Made by a program: the position numbers and the translations under genes. DNA of 63,800 nt, filler included, from Welwitschia mirabilis (lineage: Eukaryota), in the NCBI GenBank assembly GCA_051453625.1. It is 8 parts of one record of this genome, joined end to end, with 100 filler letters (N's around TTAATTAATTAA, not from the genome) between each part and the next. Parts side by side here need not be neighbours in the genome. Positions count along the whole stretch, not along the records: positions 41,565 to 56,411 come from JBOZIK010000001.1; positions 56,512 to 62,382 come from JBOZIK010000001.1; positions 62,483 to 63,800 come from JBOZIK010000001.1; 5 more parts are not named here. One strand, given 5' to 3'. The notes below the pieces were generated by a model. It made no database searches, had not been told where the DNA came from, and saw only the letters and a program-made list of their open reading frames with translations. Positions 51,726 through 63,800 of the stretch are shown here, piece by piece. Positions within the stretch are counted from its first letter, which is position 1, and every line of letters starts with the position of its first letter.

Positions 51726-53152
51726 TTGTCTCACTTAGTTGTCTCACATGACTAGATTTCTTGGGATACTTTTGAAAACTTATATAGGAATTCTCTAACA
51801 ATGTTGAATTATTTTAATTAGTTACATACCTTGTCTATTCAGTTAATCTCTTTGGACATTGCTTTTTAGTAATTCTTTGAAGATTTGCATTATTTCAATT
51901 GCTTGACATTTTTACCATATAAGGCTTAGATCCCATTTAGTCTCTTTCATGATCCTGCTACTACAATCGCTTGTTAAAATATAATGTGGAACAAGCAACA
52001 AACTATATTTGATAAATACATTCTATTTTAGCAAATGACTACTATTTTNNNNNNNNNNNNNNNNNNNNNNNNNNNNNNNNNNNNNNNNNNNNNNNNNNNN
52101 NNNNNNNNNNNNNNNNNNNNNNNNNNNNNNNNNNNNNNNNNNNNNNNNNNNNNNNNNNNNNNNNNNNNNNNNNNNNNNNNNNNNNNNNNNNNNNNNNNNN
52201 NNNNNNNNNNNNNNNNNNNNNNNNNNNNNNNNNNNNNNNNNNNNNNNNNNNNNNNNNNNNNNNNNNNNNNNNNNNNNNNNNNNNNNNNNNNNNNNNNNNN
52301 NNNNNNNNNNNNNNNNNNNNNNNNNNNNNNNNNNNNNNNNNNNNNNNNNNNNNNNNNNNNNNNNNNNNNNNNNNNNNNNNNNNNNNNNNNNNNNNNNNNN
52401 NNNNNNNNNNNNNNNNNNNNNNNNNNNNNNNNNNNNNNNNNNNNNNNNNNNNNNNNNNNNNNNNNNNNNNNNNNNNNNNNNNNNNNNNNNNNNNNNNNNN
52501 NNNNNNNNNNNNNNNNNNNNNNNNNNNNNNNNNNNNNNNNNNNNNNNNNNNNNNNNNNNNNNNNNNNNNNNNNNNNNNNNNNNNNNNNNNNNNNNNNNNN
52601 NNNNNNNNNNNNNNNNNNNNNNNNNNNNNNNNNNNNNNNNNNNNNNNNNNNNNNNNNNNNNNNNNNNNNNNNNNNNNNNNNNNNNNNNNNNNNNNNNNNN
52701 NNNNNNNNNNNNNNNNNNNNNNNNNNNNNNNNNNNNNNNNNNNNNNNNNNNNNNNNNNNNNNNNNNNNNNNNNNNNNNNNNNNNNNNNNNNNNNNNNNNN
52801 NNNNNNNNNNNNNNNNNNNNNNNNNNNNNNNNNNNNNNNNNNGCATAATTTTATAATATTTAACATAGTATTAGTTGTTAAGCCTAGTGAGATTTGATAT
52901 AAGTAATATATTCATTCTATATTATCAGGTTGTGTATTAAAGTAAAACACAAAATGATTGTAAACAAACAATTAAAGGAAAGAATATTTAAAATGTTAGA
53001 ATTGGGTAAAAAATAATTAAAAAATACAAGATGAAAGAACTAGAATAAAATAATATTGAAAACAATAAAACACAAAAGTAATTATATTTGCATTATGAAA
53101 AACTGAAAATATAAATTTGGACATTACATTTCAAATTTCCACTATCTATTGG

Positions 53153-54600
53153 TGTGATGGAAAATTTAGAAAAGAATGTCTTTGTAACTCCCACTTATTA
53201 ATTGTCATCGTAACACCCTTGTCTTAATAGCTATTGTTACGATCATGTATTGTAATCCCCTTTGGTTATAATGATCTTTGTAATAGTCATAATAAAATTA
53301 GTCATAAGGGAGTGTTCTAGAACTAGGATTAATGCTATATAAAGGTTCTTTGGTCCTTGGATGAGGGTGTGGTCTACTCAAGCAATGGCCAAAGGACATT
53401 AAAGGGAATTCTTCTCTTGAAGTATAAAGCCTTGTTATGACTATGCTACTATTTTATGAAGAATAATAGACTGCTTACTTTCCTATGGATGTTTTTCTTC
53501 AAATTGAAGAACTTTACCATGTAAATCCTATGAGTGTCCTTTCTAAATTGTTATCTATTTTATTCATTCTCATTCTGTTTCTTACTTCTACATTTGCACA
53601 AAAAATGGTAGCAGTGCTTTAGGGTTTTCCTCGTCTCTTGATAGGTAGGTCTAGTAGCTTCTTTTCGGCATAGTCCCTATTTCAAGTTCGTGCTATGGAC
53701 AAAATGGAAAAAGTGGAAATCTAGAAGTTAGCAGTTCATGCTTTGGACAAGATGAAGAAAGTGGAAATCTAGAAGTTAGTAGGTGCTAACTGACCTATCT
53801 AGAAAATCCTGATGGTGGAAATTTTACGCTAGAAGAAATGTGAGGCTTTAATTATAGAAGAACATACCAAATAGTCCTCAAGCATGAGTGCATAGGTTTG
53901 AACAAAGCTTAACAGAAAAGCATTATCTCTTATTAGGCCTTGTCTCTGGGATAAAGTTCTCTACAATGTGACAAATGTAAAATTTACTGAAGAATTGTAG
54001 AAGAATCTTACGTTCCTATATGAGAAACCCTCTAGAGCAAATAAAGTCTTTGTGATAAGAAGATTGCTGTCATGTTTTAATAGATACATCATGTACATAG
54101 ATAGTGGAGAACCAGAATCTTACAAAGAAGTTATGACGTCTAAAAACTCTAAGGAGTAGAAAGCTATCATGGAAGATGAATTGAAGTCCCTTTATTAAAA
54201 TCACACATGGAACTTGGTGCACTTACCAAAAGGTAAGAGACCTTTAAGTTCTAGATGGGTGTATGTATTAAAAATTGATCTTGATGACTAGAAGTGGTAT
54301 AAGACTAGCCTAGTGATTAAAGGATTCAACTAATGACCAGGTATTGATATCATTAAAATATTTTTACCTATTATAAAGAATTCCTCTATTTGTATCGTCA
54401 TAGAGATGGTATCTTGTATGAATCTGGGGTGGAACAATTGGATATAAAAACTACATTTTTGCATGGAGATTTAGAGGAGGAGATCTACATGTGGATACTT
54501 AAAGATTTGGATACCAAAAAGGATGTTGCATGCAGATTGAAAACAAAGTCTTTATGGATTGAAGTAAGCATCTCCATAATGGTATCAAAATTTTTATGAT
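53153..54600 (+). mobile_element. Internally deleted, decayed Tork-type copia: LTR, PBS, gag start fused to RT
   Basis: PBS-like TGGTAGCAGTGC at 53606; gag NRKALSLIRPCL...LYEKPSRANKVF; then directly GEPESYKEV...NHTWNLVHLPKGKR...EQLDIKTTFLHGDLEEEIYM. LTR start approximate. Confidence 0.8.
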
Positions 54601-54609
54601 TAATTCCAC

Positions 54610-55600
54610 TGATTAATTCTCAATCTTTTTGGATGATATTAGAAAAGCACATGAAATAATAAATGCCAAACTGAAAACTTGATAAATGTCCTTCAATAAA
54701 CAATGTTGGAAAACTAAAGACCTCAAGAAAAATTAGCAACAAAACCTTTACCCAACACAAATAAAATAAGAAAAGACTGTAGGGTTATGACAAGAAGTGA
54801 AGAAGAAACAAATGTTTCTCCATGTGAAGCATCAACCTTCTAAAATAATATTTAAGATGATAAGGAAGAAGAGGAAGACACTGAAATATTAGAATATTAC
54901 AACTTCCCTTCTCTTGATAAAAACAAAAAGAAAAATTCATCATAAAAGCAACTAACTACCCCTTGGCTTAATAGGATTAACAAAAATTTAACTTTTAATA
55001 GACATCTTAAAGACTTAATGAAAAATGTAAGCATAAACTTATCCTTTTACAAACTTGTGCAACAAAATACGGGGTACTCAAAACTATGGAAAGATTTTAT
55101 AAAAAGAAAAAAATGAATCATTCTTAGTAGAGTCTTTTTAGCTTAATCCCTCATAAATTTAGTGTTATAAAAATATTTAAAGTTTAGAGATCTAGGGGGA
55201 ATTAATAATAAATGTTACATTATAGAGAAACAAAAAATATTAAAAAAGCTTTAATTGACATTGAAGCAAGTGTTGATATTATTACACTTCACATTTGCAA
55301 GAGACTTGGTTTGAAGGGTAGAATATAGCCTACTCAGATTATCTTAGAATTAGCAAACACTTTAGTTAAGAAACCCTTAGGGGTAATAAAAGACTTAGTG
55401 ATCCAAATTAAAGAGGTCTGATACCTAATAGAGATAATTATTATAGAATTTGAATACAATAGAGGATCCTTATTACTTCTAAGATGAGCCTTCTATGCAA
55501 TAGCCCACTACATTATTGACACAAGAACTGGGATGATGAAGTGTCACTTTAAAAATAAAACATTTATAACTAGAGTCTTTGATGCAACTAAAAAATACCT
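54610..55600 (+). pseudogene. Decayed Athila-type gag-end/aspartic protease region
   Basis: KFRDLG; KALIDIEASVDII; PTQIILELAN..VKKPLGVIKDLVIQI. Confidence 0.72.
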
Positions 55601-56511
55601 AGGTGATGATGAAGTGGACATTAAAAGTAATATCAAATCGAATTTATCTTATAACAACACTACCTTAAAGAAAGAAAGATGACATTACACAAGCCTACAC
55701 TTTATGATAACCCACTTGAGATTAAGAATATAGAAGCCATTAATACGTCCAATTTTGAGCATGAATATTTAGATTGAAATAAAAAAGAAATGAAACCTTT
55801 AGATTTCAAGGAAGTTCAACTATTAAATAAAAACTCATATCTTGAGGGAGATTATCCACTACATAAGCTAAAAAATGAAAATTGTAATTTGAATTTGAAT
55901 AAAGAAAATCTTTCTAGTAGAGTAGAACATACTTTTCTTTATAATGATTAAAACATAACTCTTATAATCAATGAAAATGTTTTACCAAATTTAACATTAA
56001 TCTCCCATTTTGACTTTCAAAATTTCTACTTTTATGTGGTTTCATAGAGTTTTACCTACTATCCCTCTCTTCCTCTAATTGATTTTACTTGAACATAATC
56101 ATATAACTTTTATGTTTTATCAATTGATAAACATTTAATTTGGATCTTGTTTCTTTGAAAAAATGTAACATTTATAACCATTTAAATAGATCCTTTCTTT
56201 TTTCTTTCTTTTCAATGAAAGTGTTGATTAGATTTTATGATTTAAATTAAATTTACTGGCTTTATGCTTTTTTTTTTTGGTTTTGTTAATTTTGATTTTA
56301 ATTTTATATTTATCTTTCTATTTTAGTTTTTTTTGTGTGTCATTCCTTCTATTGTCTACATGACAGTTAACATGATAGTCTCTATTTTTCAATTTTTGCC
56401 TTTAATTTTTTNNNNNNNNNNNNNNNNNNNNNNNNNNNNNNNNNNNNNNNNNNNNTTAATTAATTAANNNNNNNNNNNNNNNNNNNNNNNNNNNNNNNNN
56501 NNNNNNNNNNN

Positions 56512-58819
56512 CTTGAAAAAAGGCAGATTCCATTGGGGAGAAGAAGCTGAAAGGAGTTTTGCTTTACTGAAAGAGAAGCTATGCACTGCTCTAGTCTTAG
56601 GCTTACCAAATTTTGATAAGCTATTTGAAGTTGATTGTGATGCTAGTGGAGTGGAAATAGGGGTTATTCTATCCCAAGAGTGCAGGCCAGTTTGCTACTT
56701 TAGTGAAAAGCTCAGTGATGCTAGGCAGAAGTGGAGTACCTATGATAAGGAGTTTTATTTGGTTGTGCGGTCTTTGAAGACATGCGAATACTATCTAATT
56801 AACAAGGAATTCATATTGTACTTAGACCATGAGGGACTAAAGTACCTGAATAGTTAAAAGCAAATTAGCAAAGACATGCATGCCTAATGATGCCAATTCT
56901 TACAAAAATTCCTTGTTAAGCTACATCATAAGTCAAGAGTAAATAATGAAGTGGCAGATGCACTAAGTTGGAAAGCGGGCTTATTTATTACCTTGAAGCA
57001 GGAAATCATTGGCTTTGAATAGTTGTAGGANNNNNNNNNNNNNNNNNNNNNNNNNNNNNNNNNNNNNNNNNNNNNNNNNNNNNNNNNNNNNNNNNNNNNN
57101 NNNNNNNNNNNNNNNNNNNNNNNNNNNNNNNNNNNNNNNNNNNNNNNNNNNNNNNNNNNNNNNNNNNNNNNNNNNNNNNNNNNNNNNNNNNNNNNNNNNN
57201 NNNNNNNNNNNNNNNNNNNNNNNNNNNNNNNNNNNNNNNNNNNNNNNNNNNNNNNNNNNNNNNNNNNNNNNNNNNNNNNNNNNNNNNNNNNNNNNNNNNN
57301 NNNNNNNNNNNNNNNNNNNNNNNNNNNNNNNNNNNNNNNNNNNNNNNNNNNNNNNNNNNNNNNNNNNNNNNNNNNNNNNNNNNNNNNNNNNNNNNNNNNN
57401 NNNNNNNNNNNNNNNNNNNNNNNNNNNNNNNNNNNNNNNNNNNNNNNNNNNNNNNNNNNNNNNNNNNNNNNNNNNNNNNNNNNNNNNNNNNNNNNNNNNN
57501 NNNNNNNNNNNNNNNNNNNNNNNNNNNNNNNNNNNNNNNNNNNNNNNNNNNNNNNNNNNNNNNNNNNNNNNNNNNNNNNNNNNNNNNNNNNNNNNNNNNN
57601 NNNNNNNNNNNNNNNNNNNNNNNNNNNNNNNNNNNNNNNNNNNNNNNNNNNNNNNNNNNNNNNNNNNNNNNNNNNNNNNNNNNNNNNNNNNNNNNNNNNN
57701 NNNNNNNNNNNNNNNNNNNNNNNNNNNNNNNNNNNNNNNNNNNNNNNNNNNNNNNNNNNNNNNNNNNNNNNNNNNNNNNNNNNNNNNNNNNNNNNNNNNN
57801 NNNNNNNNNNNNNNNNNNNNNNNNNNNNNNNNNNNNNNNNNNNNNNNNNNNNNNNNNNNNNNNNNNNNNNNNNNNNNNNNNNNNNNNNNNNNNNNNNNNN
57901 NNNNNNNNGGAGATGTATAAAAAAGCTAAGTAGAGACTAAAGGAGGCTAATAAAAGGTATAAGATAGCTTCTGACAAGCATGCGAGGAAATAGACTTTTG
58001 TAGTGGGTGACTCTGTCATGGTGTTTTTTTGGTAGGAGTGATTTCCAATTGATACATACGATAAGTTTCAACCGAGAAAATATGGATCATTTACAATTAG
58101 CAAGAAGATCAATGATTATGCTTATGTTGTTGACCTTCCAACGNNNNNNNNNNNNNNNNNNNNNNNNNNNNNNNNNNNNNNNNNNNNNNNNNNNNNNNNN
58201 NNNNNNNNNNNNNNNNNNNNNNNNNNNNNNNNNNNNNNNNNNNCAATCAGCAAGAAGATCAATGATAATGCTTATGTTGTTGACCTTCCAACGAACATGG
58301 GAATTTCTAATACCTTTAACATAGCTAATTTATCACCGCTTCACACATTTGATAAGCCGATGTATCCTAATCCAGAGCCTAACTCGAGAATGAGTTTCCT
58401 TCAAGTGGAGGGGACTGACGTGGAATGTACTGCTAGTGACTTCATGGATGGGGCCGAGCCTAGTTAAGAGGGACGAAGTGGTATAACCTTCNNNNNNNNN
58501 NNNNNNNNNNNNNNNNNNNNNNNNNNNNNNNNNNNNNNNNNNNNNNNNNNNNNNNNNNNNNNNNNNNNNNNNNNNNNNNNNNNNNNNNNNNNNNNNNNNN
58601 NNNNNNNNNNNNNNNNNNNNNNNNNNNNNNNNNNNNNNNNNNNNNNNNNNNNNNNCTAATCCCACATTGTTTAGGGATTTCTGTTGAAAGGACTTATGTC
58701 CTATAAATAAGTACATCATGTACTATTGTAGATAACAATTTTTGAAATAGAAGTTATAGAGATTTCTCTTTCCCTTTAAGTTTTTTTTTTTTTTTCCGAA
58801 TACTTTTCACGCTGCGTCA
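56512..58819 (+). mobile_element. CRM-clade Ty3/gypsy 3' half: RNase H, integrase end, PPT, 3' LTR (58416-58819)
   Basis: [40 protein letters not shown]...[22 protein letters not shown] running into an LTR with TGACG...CGTCA termini. Confidence 0.85.
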
Positions 58820-59886
58820 CAGACATAGAGTCAGAGCACAAGGGAAGAGGGGAGAGTAAAAGGAAGGTAGTCAAGAAATGGTGTCATAAAGAAAAAAGGA
58901 TCGAACACATGGTAGACACAGCGGCACAGTAGAGGCACCATCATCATCATAGTGTAGGGCACCGGAAGTGCTCAACGAAGGCTATATAGGAGAGAAAAGA
59001 GAGAGTTTAAAGCACAAAAGAGGACACCAAAAGGAATGCAGTATAGGCTAACTAATGAGAAAGGAGCTGACGAATAGTGTGGCATAAGGCAGATACTAGG
59101 ATGCAGTAGGAATAATTGATGCTAATGGTTGATGCTAAAAAACATATATAGCATCACAGCACTCGATAAAATCATCAAAGAATGGTGACGCAAGAAATTA
59201 TACGATGAGGCATAGTTCAAGAAGCTACATATCACATAGATGAGTAGGACCTACATAAAACTCAAATGTGTAGAAGAGACCGCAGCAGGAAGTAATAAAA
59301 GAAGGTAGCAACATATCACAGGGGTTAGAAGGTAATGATGGTGGTGGCACAGAAGGCAATGAGCACAGTGATGAAGGTAATAGCATTGGAAGTGGATCGA
59401 AGGTATTGAAGGAGGTCATCCTTCCAAGAAATGTCTAGCCTCCTAAACAACCATAGCCTTATAACATAATTTAAAGCTTTAATCATCGAAGAACGATCCA
59501 TAATTCTTGTGTCAACACCCCACTAATCATCTGCTGATAGCAGATTATTTTCTACTTGTCTGTCTCTGATTCCAAATGCGCAGTTGCCTAGCACATGCTA
59601 TTCTCTGTTGGAATTTAAAGACACATCACATGGATCAATTTTGCAATTGCTACTTGCATCTCACATGTGAATGTAAGCACGTCTTGGAATTAGGATTACT
59701 GAAGGTATATGTAAAAATGAGAGTGGGTCTACAAGTGGCGAAATATCTTTGAGAATTAAAAATAGTCCTAAGATAGATGTGCATTAGATGCACTCTACTA
59801 GAGGGAAAACCAACTCATAGAGAAAGATGAGAAGGCCCAGTGGCATCAAAACATAGTGAATAGCAAGAACGCGAGAATCAAGATGC

Positions 59887-62200
59887 TGTTAGGGTGAATA
59901 GGATAGCTGAGGAAAATTTTTATAATTTAAAAACTTAACAATTTATTAGCACAATCTGTATTAGCAATCAATTATTAACAATCTAAATTCTATTCAATTA
60001 AGATATCTATTTAAATAAATGACTATGTATATGATAATTAAGCTTACAAAATTAATATAAATAGATAAACAATAAGCATAACAAAATAGAAAACAAGCAC
60101 ATTTTCCTTTATTTTCAATGAAACCATCAACTGCATATCATTAAGGGTTTGTGATAGTCCTCAGCTAATACAATAGGATTTTGCAGCAATCCTTAGCCTT
60201 AATTACAAGCTAATTTCCTTCCTTCTAGTCACAATGCAATGCAAACTGATAGTATGAAAAGTAAAGTATAGAAGAGAGACAGTATGATCACAATTAAATC
60301 CAATCAGCAATTTGGGCAAAAGGTTTGAATTCATACAAAAGTCTAGTTATACATAGAATAATTTTTTGGCTTTTATAGGACACTAGGATACTAGGACCTT
60401 TGAAATGGCTGGTTTGCATCCCTAGTATAGTTTGCAATGTGTGTTAATAGTCCACAATGGATACTGACAATTAACTTAGTAGTTGACCCTTATGAGCTGG
60501 TAGTTGATCCCTCTTAATACAATGATGTTCTAAATATTAGGCAATCAACTTTAGATTTGGAGTTGGTCGACCCCTATTATTATATTTCTAGTTATTCCAT
60601 CAGGTAATTGATCCCTTGAATTCTTGATTAACCCAAGCAATTGACCCCTTGTTGACTTGAAGACTTTCATGAAAGTAATATGCAGTTGACCCTCTAGAGA
60701 ATGTTGGTTGATCATCTAGATAATTTATTCTTCAATTATTTGATAAGTTCTGATTCACCTAATGATTTAGTTAACTTCATCATGATTTACATGAAATCTG
60801 ATTTATACTCTAGATTAGCTCTAATTAACATCTAGGATTAATCTACAATCATTCTATTTTATTAGATCATAAGATATTATTTGATGTATCATAAATAGAC
60901 AATTGAGAGGTGTAACAATACCCTAGTTTTTTATTGAAAGCAACCAAATTAATGTTTTTTTAATTCTCTTAAGATGACACTCCTTTTAAGTGAGTACTTT
61001 CCCTAGTTACATAGATTATTCTAATGAAATCATTTTGTACATGTACTGGATGTTGAAAGATAAAAATGTAAGAAATTCTTACCTTGAAGTTGAGCTAATG
61101 TTATCAAATAACTATAAGCTGTAACAAAATCTATGAGACTAATAAATAGACATGTTATTATAATTAAAGCAGGTTTGTAACATATGTTATCATCACAACT
61201 CAAAATAAACTTTAACTATGAATCATCTCACAATATAATAGTATAATAAGTATAACATTAGTATAATAACATGTAACAACATTTTTTCTCTTTCCCTTTT
61301 TTATTAATGATATGGGAGCTACAAACTAAATAGGGATAATTAACTAAAATAAAAAGCACAAACTCCAATCAAAATTATATGATGATGATGTGCAATGATA
61401 GAAACCATGACTGACAATGCCTTGAGATAATCCTGTAGGGTATGGACAAGTAGACATGATAGTTGAAGAAGAAGCCGATAGAATGGAAATGGATCCTTGT
61501 GAAGTGGTGATGCCACTAAACCTAAATTAGCATTTTATGTACCAGAATGAAGCTCTAAGTCCACATCAGGATGAAGAAGCCTCCTATGGAGATGAAGGAT
61601 GAGATGGTATCAATGAAGCCTCTATCTGCTTAGGTGGTCGAGCAGGTGTCTCTTAGTTGTCTTTTCCTCCTCTTTCTCTAAATGATCTTCCTCCTCTTCC
61701 TCCTCAAAATCATCTTATTTCACTAACCCCTCTTCATCTTCTTACTTCTTGATTGATTCATCCTTTGAATCTACTACCGTTAGAGCCTTCTCTTCCTTAT
61801 CTTCTACTAGTTTCTTTTTCTCTTCCTCTTCCTCTTCCTCCCCACCTAGAAAGTCTAATGAAGAAGTGGGAGAGGATGTTGGAGCATAAGATGGTAAGGA
61901 TGATGGAATATAATAAGACTATAGAATCTATTTAGCCCTCCTTATCTCCTCTAAAAGGTATAGTATCTACTACTATGATTATTTTTGCTCTAGTATAGAG
62001 TGATGTAAGAAGGTCCATTATTAGATTTGTAGGCCCTCTAGAACATGTAGCATAAGAATGAGAAGCTAAAGAAGATGCATGAAAGGACTCTCTGCCTCTA
62101 TTGTGTAAGGTTTTATAAGTAGGAATTACCTCAAATAAATGCATGTGAGCTAATGTAGAATAGTTGAGAGGCTAGGAAGGTTCGAGTATGGTTATGTTGT
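59887..62200 (-). mobile_element. Decayed Sirevirus 3' end: env-like remnant, PPT-like tracts, 3' LTR (~59887-60917)
   Basis: GGTGAATAGG (rc of the U5 motif) at ~59893; repeated G(G/T)TCGACC/GTTGACC at 60480-60710; pyrimidine tract at ~61285-61310; acidic low-complexity coding remnant. Confidence 0.55.
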
Positions 62201-62482
62201 GGTGGCAAAACCCTATATTGAAGTATCCTCTTCTTAAATTAAATAGTGTGCACTAAAAATTTAAAGATAATAAGAGGTGCATCAATATTTTGCTAAGAAT
62301 ATAACTAGTAAAAAAAACCTAATTCTATAAAGTATGATGTCATCCCTGTGTCCGTTAAGAGGAAGAAGGATGTACCCAAAAANNNNNNNNNNNNNNNNNN
62401 NNNNNNNNNNNNNNNNNNNNNNNNNNTTAATTAATTAANNNNNNNNNNNNNNNNNNNNNNNNNNNNNNNNNNNNNNNNNNNN

Positions 62483-63695
62483 TAGGATTAGAATGTATGG
62501 CAATGAAAAATCATTCATAAGTGGAGGCATAATCTTTATTAAGTTGTTATTGGAAATTTGTTACCTATTTATTTTTTCCTTATGATTGTCTCACTCATAA
62601 ATCTTTTTATAAATGCTTCTTAAACTTGATTCCATACTTTTAATCTTTTATGTGGAATAGTTCTTAAGTATAATTTAGCTTTTTCTTTTAAAGTGCTGGA
62701 AAAAATAACCATATAAGTATGATCACTAATTCCTTTTTTACCATTTAGAAGTAAGCACTAACTATTCAATGTCGACTATATATTGAAGGGGATCTTCATT
62801 GTTTTTTGCATTAAAACTAGGATAGGTGTTTAAATTTCTTAACTTGACATCGTTACCAGGAGGTAGGTCAAAAGGGATTTGAATTTTACATTTCTTATTT
62901 GTAATTATTTCTTTAAGGGTAACATTAGCATTTGGGTCTATGAGGGTATTAAAGGTTCTGATCACAATAGGGGGATTAGGTGAAGCAACTTGTTTCTATT
63001 TTTGCAATGAATTTGACATTGTAATAAAACTTTTTTTCTAAACTATCTTTTGAAAAATTTTCTTTCAAAAAATCAGATTTAGAAACATTAAATGTAAAGA
63101 AATCTCCTTGCTCAATTCTTCAAATATTTTGTGTATCTGGGGTATGCATACCTAGGTTTATTTCATAGTCGATCAAATCTTTTTGCATGTTTTATTTGAT
63201 CAACACCCGATCTCTTTGATATTGCACCTTTTTACCAAAGTTTACCATGTCCTAGCATGCTTAGTTCTGTTTCTATAAGCATTGTCTCAATGGTTGTCTG
63301 GATGATGTAACTGGACAACAACAGACACAAAAACCCAAAAACAAAAAACACATAAAAAAAGAATCATGAAATAGCACAGAATGAAAATTACCATCGTCTA
63401 CTACATTGTTTGGACGATAGAAGGAATAATAAGAGAGAAACCCTAGTTCTTAAGAAAACAAACAACTCTAAGATTTAGCTATCATCGCCACAAGCCATCT
63501 AGATGATAAGGAGGACAATAAGACATTGTTTTCAGAACGCAAATGAAAAATGTGGAAAGGAATACCTACGTTTCTACTAAAAGAATACAATGGTACTGTA
63601 GACAAATACCTAGACCAAAATCCAAAACAATTATTAAAGTAATGACAATCCTTGTACTCCAAGTAGCCTTTCCTGGCAATAGTGCCACTATGTTG

Positions 63696-63755
<60 letters not shown>

Positions 63756-63800
63756 CTCAAAACAACACACTATTATATATTGAAGAGACCCAAAAGTCGT
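62483..63800 (-). mobile_element. Athila-like element 5' end: LTR end, PBS, leader, gag start
   Basis: Minus strand reads CACTACAACA-TAG-TGGCACTATTGCCAGGAA (PBS ~63670-63687). gag YPSFNAKNNEDPLQYI in ORF 62762-62965. Confidence 0.72.
63702..63753. repeat. (AT)26 microsatellite
   Basis: Perfect dinucleotide run. Confidence 0.97.

Noticed and set aside
52028-52866. Long ORFs made of X (also 2298-2643, 3706-4603, 57006-58019)
   Set aside because: Open only because they span Ns.
63691-63700. TAGTG as a CACTA right end
   Set aside because: It is the LTR terminus next to an Athila-type PBS, with no subterminal repeats.
63468-63770. ORFs with YIYIYI repeats
   Set aside because: Translation of the (AT)n microsatellite.

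Overview
AT-rich, repeat-dominated plant nuclear DNA from a gapped draft assembly. Seven artificial N44-TTAATTAATTAA-N44 linkers join scaffolds, and several 100-N gaps have duplicated flanks. There is one plausible intact host gene, a single-exon F-box gene of the At2g27310/At2g36090 type (48683-50284, minus). The rest is mostly nested, decayed transposons. (i) 2.7-16.4 kb is a Sirevirus > Sirevirus > Tork-type copia nest, resolved by a GTAAA target-site duplication and an inferred microhomology deletion junction. (ii) A small non-autonomous LTR element has a hAT transposon in its 3' LTR. (iii) Athila-like elements include one carrying a non-autonomous CACTA that captured a fragment of the plastid dicarboxylate transporter DiT1. 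(iv) There are further Sirevirus, Tork, Athila and CRM-type remnants, a decayed two-ORF APE-RT LINE, and a spliced SWIM/MULE-like relic. The most unusual structure is a ~500-bp array at 35.0-35.5 kb of about nine ~58-bp units whose conserved core is the retrotransposon tRNA-iMet primer-binding site plus an LTR-like terminus, separated by divergent spacers. All calls are by eye from motifs and internal comparisons; no database searches were run.
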